Of a stretch of DNA of 64,000 nucleotides, positions 19,459 through 30,300 are shown piece by piece. Source of the stretch: Promethearchaeota archaeon (GTDB lineage Archaea > Asgardarchaeota > Lokiarchaeia > Sigyniarchaeales > SOKP01); the NCBI GenBank assembly GCA_016839765.1, contig JAEOTP010000012.1, positions 49,892 through 113,891 on the forward strand, written 5' to 3'. The notes beneath the pieces were generated by a model. That model was not told where the DNA came from. It did no database searches and saw nothing but the letters and a program-made list of their open reading frames with translations. Positions within the stretch are counted from its first letter, which is position 1. The number at the start of each line of letters is the position of its first letter. Position numbers and translations under genes: made by a program.

Positions 19459-21231
19459 ATGGCAAAATTTCATATTGACGAAAATAAAAGTTGGTTTCAT
19501 CACTGGTGGCCTGAAGGAGTGCCATTTAATACTGAATTTGAAGAAATTAGTCTTGGTGATTTTTTTGAAAAACAAAGAAAAAAGTATCCAGCAAATAATA
19601 TTATATGGTTCATAGATACATGGATGACCTACGACGAAATTGGAAAATATATTGATTCGTTTGCAACTGCACTTCATAATCTTGGTATAAAGAAAGGAGA
19701 TGTAGTAGCTTTGTTATTACCTAATTCTTTTCAATATGTTATTTCCTTTTATGCATGTGCAAAACTGGGAATAATATCAACAGGTATAAATACAACTTAT
19801 AAACCACTTGAAGTACTTCATCATCTTGAATTAACAAATGCTAGGGTATTAATCGTGTTAGATTCACTTTATAGCGATTTAGCAGGACCTATCATTCAAA
19901 AAACAAATGTGGAAATAGTAATATCTACCAACGCTATTGATTTAGCAACAGGTCTTTCAGGGATTAAAAAAGTTTTAGGAAAGATGTTAGGAAAAATTCC
20001 TTCAGGAAAAGTTGATTTTAATCCATCATATAAATTTATGGATCTCCTAAACACAGAACCAAATCTACCACAAGTAAGTTTTGATCCTAAAACTCATACG
20101 GCAACTTATATAATGACGGGGGGAACTACAGGGGTCCCTAAAGCAACAGTGTTAACCCACTATAACTTAGTATCAAATGTTAAACAAGTAATTGAGATTT
20201 TCGGAGGAGAACAACCTGGGATGGGAGATGTTGGAGTTTTACCATTGTTTCATTCATTTGCTATGACAGCTGTTATGAACGTAGCAATTGGACTAGGAGG
20301 GTGGATGATGCTTTTTGTAAGACCTCCCTCTACTGAAGATTTAATTAAAACGATTGATAAATTACCTGCACCTCAAGGTCTTGCTTATGCTGGAGCAGAA
20401 ATTCTGTTCAAAAGAATTGCTGATTACCCACATTTAAAAAAATTCCCCCATTTAATGGGTAAAATGAAATTAAACGTTTCTGGGGCTGGTGCTTTACATG
20501 CACCAGTAAGAGATGGATTTGAAAGAAAAACAGGTGGAAGAATTGTAGAAGGGTATGGCTTATCTGAGGCTAGCCCGGTCGTTAGCTGTGGGAATTTATT
20601 TGGTGAAAGCCCTATTGGAACAATAGGTATACCTTTACCAGGTACAGATTGGGCAATTTTTGACGCTGCCGCTCCAACCCTCGAAGAAGGACCTATTGCT
20701 GATGGACTTCAAGGCTCTAATTATGGAGAAGAACATTCAGGTGAGTTATGTATAAATGGTCCACAGGTAATGAAAGAATATTTAAACCAACCAGAAGAGA
20801 GTAAAGAGACGTTACAAGAATGGAATGGACGAATTTGGTTAAGAACAGGTGATATTGGATATATGCGTGAAGACGGAACTGTAACATTAATGGATCGTAA
20901 AAAACAATTGATTAAAGTTGCTGGTCATTCAGTATTTCCTACTGAGATCGAAACTATGCTGATGAAGCATGAAGGTGTTTCAGAAGCAGCGGTAGCAGGG
21001 TTACCTGATCCTGAAGGAAAAGTTGGTGAAATAGCTAAAGCATGGGTTGCTCTAAAACCAGAATATGTAGGAAAAATTTCAGAAGAAGATTTGGTAGCAT
21101 GGGCAAAGGAGAGTATGACCCATTGGAAAATCCCAAAATTCATAGAATTTATCGATGATGTACCCAAAAATATATTAGGAAAGGTTCAGAGAAGAATACT
21201 TCAAGAAGCTGATCCCCTCTATAAGAAATAA
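19459..21231 (+). CDS. AMP-forming acyl-CoA synthetase (long-chain fatty acid-CoA ligase type)
   Basis: It has the AMP-binding signature (YIMTGGTTGVPKA), plus GYGLSEASP, TGDIGYMREDG and the C-terminal GKVQRR. Confidence 0.8.
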   Translation: MAKFHIDENKSWFHHWWPEGVPFNTEFEEISLGDFFEKQRKKYPANNIIWFIDTWMTYDEIGKYIDSFATALHNLGIKKGDVVALLLPNSFQYVISFYACAKLGIISTGINTTYKPLEVLHHLELTNARVLIVLDSLYSDLAGPIIQKTNVEIVISTNAIDLATGLSGIKKVLGKMLGKIPSGKVDFNPSYKFMDLLNTEPNLPQVSFDPKTHTATYIMTGGTTGVPKATVLTHYNLVSNVKQVIEIFGGEQPGMGDVGVLPLFHSFAMTAVMNVAIGLGGWMMLFVRPPSTEDLIKTIDKLPAPQGLAYAGAEILFKRIADYPHLKKFPHLMGKMKLNVSGAGALHAPVRDGFERKTGGRIVEGYGLSEASPVVSCGNLFGESPIGTIGIPLPGTDWAIFDAAAPTLEEGPIADGLQGSNYGEEHSGELCINGPQVMKEYLNQPEESKETLQEWNGRIWLRTGDIGYMREDGTVTLMDRKKQLIKVAGHSVFPTEIETMLMKHEGVSEAAVAGLPDPEGKVGEIAKAWVALKPEYVGKISEEDLVAWAKESMTHWKIPKFIEFIDDVPKNILGKVQRRILQEADPLYKK

Positions 21232-21272
21232 TTATAATATTTTTTTACTTATTTTAACCCTTTTTTTAAGAA

Positions 21273-21302
21273 ATATTTAAAGCTAAATTTTTAATAGAAA
21301 AT
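21273..21302. repeat. Copy 1 of a perfect 30-bp direct repeat (promoter-like, TATA-containing)
   Basis: The sequence atatttaaagctaaatttttaatagaaaat is identical to 21327..21356. Confidence 0.9.
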
Positions 21303-21326
21303 ATTAATTTATCTAGTCCAAGTAAT

Positions 21327-21356
21327 ATATTTAAAGCTAAATTTTTAATAGAAAAT
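21327..21356. repeat. Copy 2 of the 30-bp direct repeat, ending in the first two nt of the ATG at 21355
   Basis: It is identical to 21273..21302. It contains TTTAAA about 20 nt upstream of the start codon. Confidence 0.9.
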
Positions 21357-22491
21357 GGTAAAGGGCATTATCTTATCTGGCGGATTTGGTACAAGGCTTA
21401 GACCGTTAACATGTATGATTCCAAAATCTTTAATACCGGTTGTTAACAAGCCCGTTATTGAACGACAGATTTTATTATTGAAATCTTCTGGTGTTAAAGA
21501 AGTAGTTCTGGCTGTAAGTGTGATGTCAGATATTGTAAAAAATTATTTTAAAGATGGTAAGAAATTAGGAATTAAGATTAGTTATACAAATGAAAAGCAT
21601 CCAATGGGGACTGCGGGAGCAATAAAGCTAGCAGAGGCCTACTTAGAAAATGATAATTTTTTCATGTTAAATGGAGATGTAATTTTAAATTTTAATTTCA
21701 AGGATATGCTTAACTTTCATAAAAAATCAAATGGAATAGGTACAATTGCGAGTAAAATTGTAGAGGATCCATCTCCATATGGGGTTCTTATAGCTAACCC
21801 GGAAACTAATCAACTCTATAAATTTCTTGAAAAAGATGAATATTCACCCCTAAATGGCAAAATTATTCCAATGCCAGTTAATGCGGGAGTATACATTTTA
21901 GAGCCAGATATTTTTTCTTATATTGAATCAAACAAAAAGGCCTCTATTGAAAAGGATATTTTCCCTAAAGTTCTTGTTGACAAGAAAGTATATCACTTTC
22001 CAATTACGGGTATTTGGAAAGATATTGGTAAGCCTTATGAGTTATTACAAGGAAGTATTTTATTAATGAATGATATTTTGAAAAATTTAAAAGGAAAAAG
22101 AAAGAGTTTAACTGATAATTCGGCTGATATTGCCCCAACTACGAAAATTTTTCCTCCTTGTACAATTGGAGAAAATGTTGTCATTCGAGGTATGTGTAAG
22201 ATAGGACCCAATGTTATCATCGGAGATAATGTTTATATTGATGAAAGCACAATAATAAAAGAATCTTTGATATATAATGACACATATATCTCTAAAAATG
22301 TTGATATCCAAAGTTCAATAATTTCTGATAATTGCCTTATCGAAGATCGTGTTCAATTAAGAGGGAAAAATGAAAATCTGGTCATTTTAGCCTCTTATGT
22401 TAAAGTTTTAAGAAACATTAAGCTTATTGCTAAGGAAGGCGAATCTATTAATTTTTGTCATCACGTAGAAGTAAATGAAAGCCTAAATTGA
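21355..22491 (+). CDS. NDP-sugar pyrophosphorylase (nucleotidyltransferase + left-handed beta-helix)
   Basis: It has LSGGFGTRLRPLT, a Gly-rich nucleotide-binding motif. The C-terminal half has hexapeptide-repeat character. Confidence 0.75.
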   Translation: MVKGIILSGGFGTRLRPLTCMIPKSLIPVVNKPVIERQILLLKSSGVKEVVLAVSVMSDIVKNYFKDGKKLGIKISYTNEKHPMGTAGAIKLAEAYLENDNFFMLNGDVILNFNFKDMLNFHKKSNGIGTIASKIVEDPSPYGVLIANPETNQLYKFLEKDEYSPLNGKIIPMPVNAGVYILEPDIFSYIESNKKASIEKDIFPKVLVDKKVYHFPITGIWKDIGKPYELLQGSILLMNDILKNLKGKRKSLTDNSADIAPTTKIFPPCTIGENVVIRGMCKIGPNVIIGDNVYIDESTIIKESLIYNDTYISKNVDIQSSIISDNCLIEDRVQLRGKNENLVILASYVKVLRNIKLIAKEGESINFCHHVEVNESLN

Positions 22492-22543
22492 ACATTCTTT
22501 ACTTTACGTTATTAAAAATAATTAATTACGAAAAATTTTGATT

Positions 22544-23890
22544 ATGCCTAATCGCTTAAATCCAGAAATGATTCATAAAAAATTTCTTAGAAATGAGATA
22601 AGTAAAAATGAATCCCTAAAATTACTGGAATCACTTATAAATGAAAGTGATAATGAAGAAATAAGAGCAAATGCAATTGAGGTTCTTGAACAATACTCAC
22701 CAATAGGTATCGGCATTTCCAAAGTTATTGAAAAGAGTTTAATTTCTGATGAATCTCCTTTAGTAAGAACCGCTGCTGCGAAATTGATTATTACAGCTAA
22801 TATAGAAGGAGCACAAAATGCTTTATGGTGGCGAATTCAGAATGAAAAATCAATTTTGTTCTTTAAAAAAAGTTTGGATTTCACAGAACGCTCCCAAAAT
22901 CCAGAAAATGAAAAATTCAAAGAATATCTTTTAAAAAGATTAAACCAGATTTATAAGTTAAATGAAGCTGATTCTGAATTCATCTTAGAGTTAGATTATC
23001 ATGATTATAAACATTTTGTAAGGGATTTTAAAGGTTTTTTATCAAAATTTGAAATTAGGGGAGAAGAAAGAAAAAAATTAATAAAAGAAAATACAGAAAT
23101 CGGTTATAAAGGCTTAGGAAGAATAACCTCAGCAAAAGAAGGATATATTATAGGTTTAATTTTAAACGATCTTGAAGAAGTACCAAAATCCCTTCAAAAT
23201 CTTTCAAAATTGGAATATCTAGAGATTAACCGCTGCAAAATTGGAGACTTACCAGATTCATATGGATATCTCTCTCAAATTAAAAATCTGACTATTAAAA
23301 ATAATGAAATTGAATCAATTCCACAATGGGTATTATATATCTCTTCGACCGGTAGCTATACTGAAAAGTATGTTAAAAATGGAGTTAATTTCGAGGAAGC
23401 TTCAATATTGGGGCTATTAGAAATTTTTACAGGTCAAGCTTTTGTTAAATTAGAATTAGAGGCTTCATTTTTTCCATCACTACTATTTTATTATAAAATA
23501 AACCAAAATGGTAATGTACTTGCCATACATCTATCATCTGAATTATCACGTATAGGTATATTTCCTAAAGAGATATGTAAATTAAGATTTTTAGAAGAAT
23601 TGTGTATGGTAAATCAAAGTATCAAGAGTATTCCAAATTGTATTGGAGAATTAAAAGCTTTAAAAACTTTAAATTTGAGCTTTAATAAAATCAATGAAAT
23701 TCCTAATTCTATAGGCAATTTAGAAAATTTAGAATATTTATATCTAAAAAATCATGAAGGGGAACAGATACTTAATCATATTACTGAAAATTTAATTAAT
23801 TTAAGGCAACTTAAGATTTTGGATTTAAGTGGAAATATTATAAGGAATTTACCAGAATCAATACAAAAATTAAATTCATTCAAAATTTAA
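22544..23890 (+). CDS. HEAT-repeat + leucine-rich-repeat (LRR) protein
   Basis: The N-terminus has HEAT/PBS-lyase-like repeats (NEEIRANAIEVLEQ, ESPLVRTAAAKLI). The C-terminus has LRRs (LSKLEYLEINRCKIGDLPDS, LKALKTLNLSFNKINEIPNSIGNLENLEYLYL, LRQLKILDLSGNIIRNLPES). The ATG at 22544 is preferred over the TTG at 22538. Confidence 0.7.
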   Translation: MPNRLNPEMIHKKFLRNEISKNESLKLLESLINESDNEEIRANAIEVLEQYSPIGIGISKVIEKSLISDESPLVRTAAAKLIITANIEGAQNALWWRIQNEKSILFFKKSLDFTERSQNPENEKFKEYLLKRLNQIYKLNEADSEFILELDYHDYKHFVRDFKGFLSKFEIRGEERKKLIKENTEIGYKGLGRITSAKEGYIIGLILNDLEEVPKSLQNLSKLEYLEINRCKIGDLPDSYGYLSQIKNLTIKNNEIESIPQWVLYISSTGSYTEKYVKNGVNFEEASILGLLEIFTGQAFVKLELEASFFPSLLFYYKINQNGNVLAIHLSSELSRIGIFPKEICKLRFLEELCMVNQSIKSIPNCIGELKALKTLNLSFNKINEIPNSIGNLENLEYLYLKNHEGEQILNHITENLINLRQLKILDLSGNIIRNLPESIQKLNSFKI

Positions 23891-23929
23891 ATTTTTACGA
23901 TTAGTAGATAAATAGCACATTACATGTTC

Positions 23930-24217
23930 TCAATCTTCTTTTTTCAATAAATTATTGTATTCTCCATCCATAATTCTCGCAATATAACGTCTTCCTTTTA
24001 TAATCCACATAATTTTATGTCCCTCTCGTGCCTTTTTTCCCCATTCCGACTTTTTTCTCCAATTTTGTTCTATGAAGCGATAACCGAAAAGGTCTAAGTA
24101 TTTAATTCCACTTGAAAATTTTTTAATAGGATATTCGATCTCATCAATTTCGACATTTTTTTTTCCTTCAAATATTGCCTTGTAAATCTTCAAACCTTTT
24201 ATTTTCATCTCTTCCAT
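23930..24217 (-). CDS. Hypothetical basic 95-aa protein
   Basis: ORF only. I recognise no family. Confidence 0.3.
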   Translation of the reverse strand: MEEMKIKGLKIYKAIFEGKKNVEIDEIEYPIKKFSSGIKYLDLFGYRFIEQNWRKKSEWGKKAREGHKIMWIIKGRRYIARIMDGEYNNLLKKED

Positions 24218-24313
24218 TTCTATTCATTTTTCTTTTATACTTTTAAATTTTTTATTAATCTTTCACAATTCTTATTGTTGGTTTTTTTTAATATACTATT
24301 TTGTGTTATATAT

Positions 24314-25159
24314 ATGAAACAAATTAAAACTTCATCCTTAGAGGATAGGGAATTTGATAGTAAAAATAGCAGGGATTCATACTCTATAATCTTATATTTT
24401 GTCTTAAGTTACATTATTTTTTGGGGGCTTGGTTATTTTTTTAGCCTGATTTTTGGAGCTGTATTATATGAAGATCATAATATTGCAATTAAGATTATTG
24501 TGTATATTTTACTAATACTCCCTGGAGCAGGACCTTTCTTATCAGCATTAATTGTAATAACAATAACAGAAGGAAAAGTGGGCTTAAAGAACTTTTTTAG
24601 ACACTTGATTAAAGTTAAAGTTAAGTTCTATTGGTATTTAATCGTTCTCATTTTTCCTATAATTGCTTATATAATCCCAAAATTATTTCTCTTACTGATG
24701 GGAAATACAATCCAAGAAGTTTTTGTAGATAATATATCGTGGAATATATCTTGGATCGTTATTTTTGATCTGAGCATTGCGGGTATTCAAGAAGAACCTG
24801 GTTGGAGAGGATATGCTGTTCCAAAATTGAACTTAAAATTAAATCCAATTATAACGAGTTTCATAATTGGCATTTTATGGGCTTTCTGGCATTTCAATTT
24901 TTATTGGAGTGGAGTTAGATCAATGTCAAGCTTTCCTGAGTTTTTATTTTTGGTTATTATTTTATCATTTATTTATACATGGATTTACATAAATACTGAG
25001 AGCATACCGCTAGTAATAATCTTTCATGCAATGCATAACGTATGTGCTGGCATCTTTACAGATTTTCCTGGAACATTCTTTATTGCTTTGGTATATTTAT
25101 TTTTTGTAATTGCTATTCTAATAAAGTTTAGTTTAAAAATGCGGATTAAAACAAAGTAA
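24314..25159 (+). CDS. CPBP-family intramembrane glutamic endopeptidase (CAAX protease-like)
   Basis: It has motif 1 EEPGWRGY, motif 2 FWHFN and motif 3 FHAMHN, in a polytopic protein. The ATG at 24314 is preferred. Confidence 0.7.
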   Translation: MKQIKTSSLEDREFDSKNSRDSYSIILYFVLSYIIFWGLGYFFSLIFGAVLYEDHNIAIKIIVYILLILPGAGPFLSALIVITITEGKVGLKNFFRHLIKVKVKFYWYLIVLIFPIIAYIIPKLFLLLMGNTIQEVFVDNISWNISWIVIFDLSIAGIQEEPGWRGYAVPKLNLKLNPIITSFIIGILWAFWHFNFYWSGVRSMSSFPEFLFLVIILSFIYTWIYINTESIPLVIIFHAMHNVCAGIFTDFPGTFFIALVYLFFVIAILIKFSLKMRIKTK

Positions 25160-25540
25160 TTAAGAAATAAAATTTGAGGCTAGTAAATTAAAAAAGCAAT
25201 TAGATCATACAAAATAATATCATAAAAGATTGGACTCCAATTTATTTTTATTTTCAATTAACGATCTTTTAATTAGGAATAAATTTTGTTAAATTAAAAT
25301 AGAATTATGTAAGGAGATGGATACCAAAATGGATGACAATGTAGAGTATTATGAATTTTTAAATTTTGTTCATGAAATTTCTAAAAAGCTAAAATCAATT
25401 CAGAAAGACTCTACTATTATTATTTTTAGAAATTTTGATCTGTGTCTAGTTAAGAAGGAGTTAGATACAAAAATAGATGAACTAGATCAATTACTTTTAA
25501 AATGACATCCATCTCCTGTGATAAATTGTATCCTTTTATA

Positions 25541-26140
25541 CTATTCTAATTTTAATTTTTTCGCTATTAGTTCTAAATAAGATTCTCTAATTGAATCGGT
25601 TTTGGATATTCCAAATTTTTTTAGAAATTCAAAAAGTTTTTCTTTTACAAGAGGTACTTCTTTTTTAGATTCTACGATTACCTCTGCCTCCATGAAATGT
25701 TGATTTAGAATTGGTAAAAAATCAATTAATACCTCAATTTTTTCGTTTTTAAAATTGAATTCATACAATTCTCGTTCCTTTTTTACTGTAAAAATTTCCC
25801 CAAATCCTAAATTTTCAAATAATTCTTTCATTTTTTCTAAATTCTTTATTTCAACTTCGATTTCTTCACGTGTTTTGGTGGTTTGATCGATTTTTTTTCC
25901 TTTATAAGTAATAAAAGATCGTATTAACGTTGCATTCTCTTTATTATTCTTATTAAATTCAATAGATTTCCTTAATCGAAGGGCTTCATCAGTTTTTTTA
26001 AAATCTCTTAATCTCCTTGGCATGTTGAAATATGTATCCTCATGGTCTAGAGATATTATATATTTTCCATTTAATTTTTTTAAATTTTCTTTTAATGAAT
26101 CTGGATTTGAAATTGCTACTTTTATCTCAACTTCAATCAT
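25541..26140 (-). CDS. CYTH-domain protein (class IV adenylate cyclase / triphosphate tunnel metalloenzyme)
   Basis: It has an N-terminal ExExK motif (MIEVEIKV), a size around 200 aa, and an alternating charged strand pattern. Confidence 0.7.
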   Translation of the reverse strand: MIEVEIKVAISNPDSLKENLKKLNGKYIISLDHEDTYFNMPRRLRDFKKTDEALRLRKSIEFNKNNKENATLIRSFITYKGKKIDQTTKTREEIEVEIKNLEKMKELFENLGFGEIFTVKKERELYEFNFKNEKIEVLIDFLPILNQHFMEAEVIVESKKEVPLVKEKLFEFLKKFGISKTDSIRESYLELIAKKLKLE

Positions 26141-26244
26141 AACTTTACCTATTTCTATTGCAATAACAAATATAATTCATTATTTTTTATTAAATATTAA
26201 TAGAAAATTATTGAGTTGAGAGTTTAATATCTATACATGAAAAT

Positions 26245-27192
26245 ATGATTAATGAACTTGCTCAAAATTTTGGATATCATCCTTATATGATTAAAAGATA
26301 TCTTCAATTTCTGGGAGAAAACAATACAAAGAAACTGTTAGAAGCAAATGAAAAACCATTAAATCCCTCTATTAGAGTCAATACTCTAAAAATTTCAGTC
26401 GCTAGATTAAAAGAAAGACTCGAAAGTAAAGACTTTAAATTAAGATCTATTGAGCAGGTTCCCTATGGATTTGAAGTTATAGAATCCAAATTAAATTTAG
26501 GTTCTACCCATGAATATTTGCAAGGATACTATTATTTGCAAAACATTGCTTCTATGTTTCCTGCTTTAATACTTGATCCTAAACCAGGGGATCTGGTTAT
26601 AGATATGTGTGCTGCTCCAGGGAGTAAATCTACACATTTAGCCCAGATTATGGAAGATGAAGGAACCTTAATTCTAATTGAAAAAAATAGAAATAGAATT
26701 CCCTCCTTAGAATTAAACCTACGTAGGATGGGAATTTCAAATTCACTAATCTTGAATTTGGATGCCGTAAAATTGCAACAATTAGGAATTAAAGCTGATA
26801 AAGTATTATTAGATGCTCCTTGTACAGGTGAAGGTCTAATTAGAGAAGATCCAAGTAGAAAAAAAAGTAAGTCAATGAAAGATATAAATAAAATGGCATC
26901 AATCCAAAAAAGGTTGCTGAATGCTGGTTTAAAAACTCTAAATCCTGGTGGAAAACTATTATATAGTACATGCTCAATAGCACCTGAAGAAAATGAATTT
27001 GTTATTAATGAAGTGCTTCAAAATTTATCTAACTATTCTATTAATAAAATTGGTAATCAATATGGCACTAATGGGCTTACTAAGGTATTTGGCCATTCTT
27101 TAAGGAGTGATATTAAATTTTCTCAACGTCTTTATCCTCATTTACATAATACTATTGGCTTTTATTTATGCCTAATAAAAAAAGATCACTAA
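26245..27192 (+). CDS. NOL1/NOP2/Sun-family RNA cytosine-C5 methyltransferase
   Basis: It has the SAM pocket (DMCAAPGSKS) and the catalytic motifs DAPCTGEG and YSTCS. Confidence 0.8.
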   Translation: MINELAQNFGYHPYMIKRYLQFLGENNTKKLLEANEKPLNPSIRVNTLKISVARLKERLESKDFKLRSIEQVPYGFEVIESKLNLGSTHEYLQGYYYLQNIASMFPALILDPKPGDLVIDMCAAPGSKSTHLAQIMEDEGTLILIEKNRNRIPSLELNLRRMGISNSLILNLDAVKLQQLGIKADKVLLDAPCTGEGLIREDPSRKKSKSMKDINKMASIQKRLLNAGLKTLNPGGKLLYSTCSIAPEENEFVINEVLQNLSNYSINKIGNQYGTNGLTKVFGHSLRSDIKFSQRLYPHLHNTIGFYLCLIKKDH

Positions 27193-27315
27193 TTCTACAG
27201 ACAATCCCGTCAAATAGTCTTTTATTGCAAAACATATCAATATTGCATTGCTAAGACTTTATATTATAATAATGCATAATTATTAATTATAAAAAAATTA
27301 GGGTGTAGAAATATA

Positions 27316-30300
27316 TTGAAATTAAAATCCAAATTTAAGCTTCATTTTATTGTAGTTGTTTTAATTTTAAGTGGACTTCTTTTATTAACAGTACCTTCTT
27401 CTAAAAAAGTAGATAAAAATGATGATAACTCAGAAAAAATTGATATTAAGGCGGAGAAACCTAAATCATCTACTTCTGGAATTGATTTTCTTTATGCAGA
27501 TAAAGATATTATAAAAGGTAATCAAACTGATGGAATTCTATGGGATGAAAATAATATCAGAGAAGTAGATGGAACTTATGATTCAACAGATTTTGCATTA
27601 GGCAATTCTTATAATTTTTTAGAAAAAGAGGTTTCCCCTCTAACAATTCCTATACATACAGGGACTTTTGGAAGCACTGATGGAGGTGATTGGAATTTCA
27701 CGGATACTTATAAAGAGAAAGATTATGAATATATCTACCTTAGAGCAGCGGGAGGAAGTGATTTTCCGGGAATAATTAAATTGAAATGGGGTGAATATAG
27801 CGATTTTAGTAATATTACAGCTAAACAAGTAGATTCCATTTCTCTTCGTTATGAAGTTACGCCCTTTTTATATCCTAGTAATGGTTTAGATCAATCTACA
27901 AACTTAAGTATTTGGGCTTTTGCTGATGATGGATCAAATCAATATGAAGTAATTGATTTATACCCAACGAATAAGCGGATTTATACAGATTGGTGGAATA
28001 TTACTCAAGGATCTGTATTTGATAGAGTAAAAGAGGGAGGTTATATTAAGTATCTACAACTGTCAATGAATTGCAGTGAAGAAATATGGAGTACGGTCAT
28101 TTTACATTTCGATTTTGTTCACATCTACTATAACTATCATAAATATGATGTTCAAGTTGATTATACTTTAAATTATGGAAATTACACTCTTAGTGATGTA
28201 CCAAAATTTGATTTAAATATACAAATGGATGAAACTGTAATAGGATTAGAGATTAAGTTATACAATTTCGCTAATTTAGAGTGGGATTCAATGGGGACAA
28301 TAGATGGTATTGAATTGATAAAAAAAGAAATCCTCATAAATGGAACACATTATTTTAATGGAACAAAAAGCATTAAACTTAAATTTGTAAAATTTAATTA
28401 TTTTGATACTCGCTCTTGGAGTGAATATCAAATAGAGCCAAACATGATTAAAGTAACACTTTATCCTCCAGAACCGCCCGATAATTTTCGAGCGAAAAAC
28501 GGTGCTGCACATATTTTACTAAATTGGGATTCAGCAATCACAAATGGACCGCCACTTATGAATTATAACATATATCGGGGAGAAGTAGCTGGCGGTCCGA
28601 AAACTCTCATAACTACAACAATAACTAATCAATATAACGATACTGGAGTTGTAATTGGTACTAGGTATTACTATGTTGTTAGTGCTACAACCATTGTGGG
28701 AATAAGTGAGAATTCTACAGAGGATTCAGGTAGAGCCTATGAACAACCCTTTATAGAATGGATAACTCCGGTAAACAATACACATATAATCCTTCCTAAA
28801 GGTGATCCTACAACTTTTACTTTTGAATATGATTGGGTTGAAATGGATGACGCAGAACTGGAACTCGATTATGGAACATTTCAAAGAACTTATAATGTGT
28901 GGAATAAAACTTCAATAGATATTGATGTGCTAAACGATTATGAAGATGGAAGTATAATCGCTACTCTAACTGGCAAAAATCAGAGCATTGTTTTAGACAC
29001 AGACATCATCCAATTAACGTTTGTTAGACTGTTAGATGAAATAATGGATACAGTTAATCAAAGCACAATACCTTTAGGACAACAACTCTATATGGTTCTC
29101 CATGATCCTAATGGTGATAATAGCTATTCTAATTTTTCTGAAACCTCAGTGCTTTCAATAGGGGTTGGTCTTGGGGCATTAACTGTAGTAGGAGAAAATT
29201 TTGGAATTGAATACTTTTATGGATATTGTGGTACTGATACAGGAGCTTCTTTATTATTAGAAAATAAAATGACTGCTGAAACGGGTTTTGATTTTCGATA
29301 TGAAATAATAGACGCTACAAATTTAACATCAAGTCAAGTATATGATGATCCAGATTATATTGGCCCAGGGTATGGAGATAGATATTGGGGTGAAACTTGG
29401 ATATTAAAATGGGTACTCAATGCTACCGAGAAAACTTATTCTAATGGAACTCATCGATGGGAGAACCCCGTTTTATATTATGGAATTATCAGAGGAGTTG
29501 AAACATTTGCAGGTGATTTTGATGCCCCACCAGAATGGAAATCTCAAAATGCCATTTATAATGGCTCAATACCTGTAAATTGGCTTGGAATGTTTATGGA
29601 AAGTGGAGGAGCACCCTATACTTCTACCCATCAAGTTAGTGAAACTCTGACAAGAAAAGACTCATTTGAATTATACTTTGGGTCAGATGCTACATTGAAA
29701 TTACCTTATATTGCAACAAATGCTACTTTTGAGATGAGCATTAAAAATTACGCAGAAACAGGGGTAGGGAATATCCATGAAGCAAGTTATAAAATCTATG
29801 ATGATGAACCTGATGATTTTATTGTTCACCAACTGGGTATCGATGAAAGATTTGGTACTTATATTTTTAACTCCTCAAGATTTTTCTGTGAAACCTCTCT
29901 CCCGCTTGAGCATAATACTTTCGATTATCGCCCTCCCGATATAGATTATCCTGTAGTAGATCTAGATTCAAATGATGATGGGTATGGACCCACAAACGAG
30001 GATTTTCCTGTCATAACTGTCGATATATTTGAAGAAAATGGAATGCAAGACGTAGTTATTCGGTATTCTATTAATAATGGATCTTTTTGGGATGTTATCT
30101 ATCTTTCAGAACTGTCTGGGCAAGTTGGAACATGGCAAGGAACGATCTCAAATCAAACTCTTAATACGACTGTACTATGGTACATTCAAGCATGGGATAA
30201 TCAAGGTAATTATGCAATTCGATATAATTATTCAGTAACACCATTTAAATATACTGTAATTCAAAAACCTGCTGAACCTACTGAGACAGAAACTCCAACA

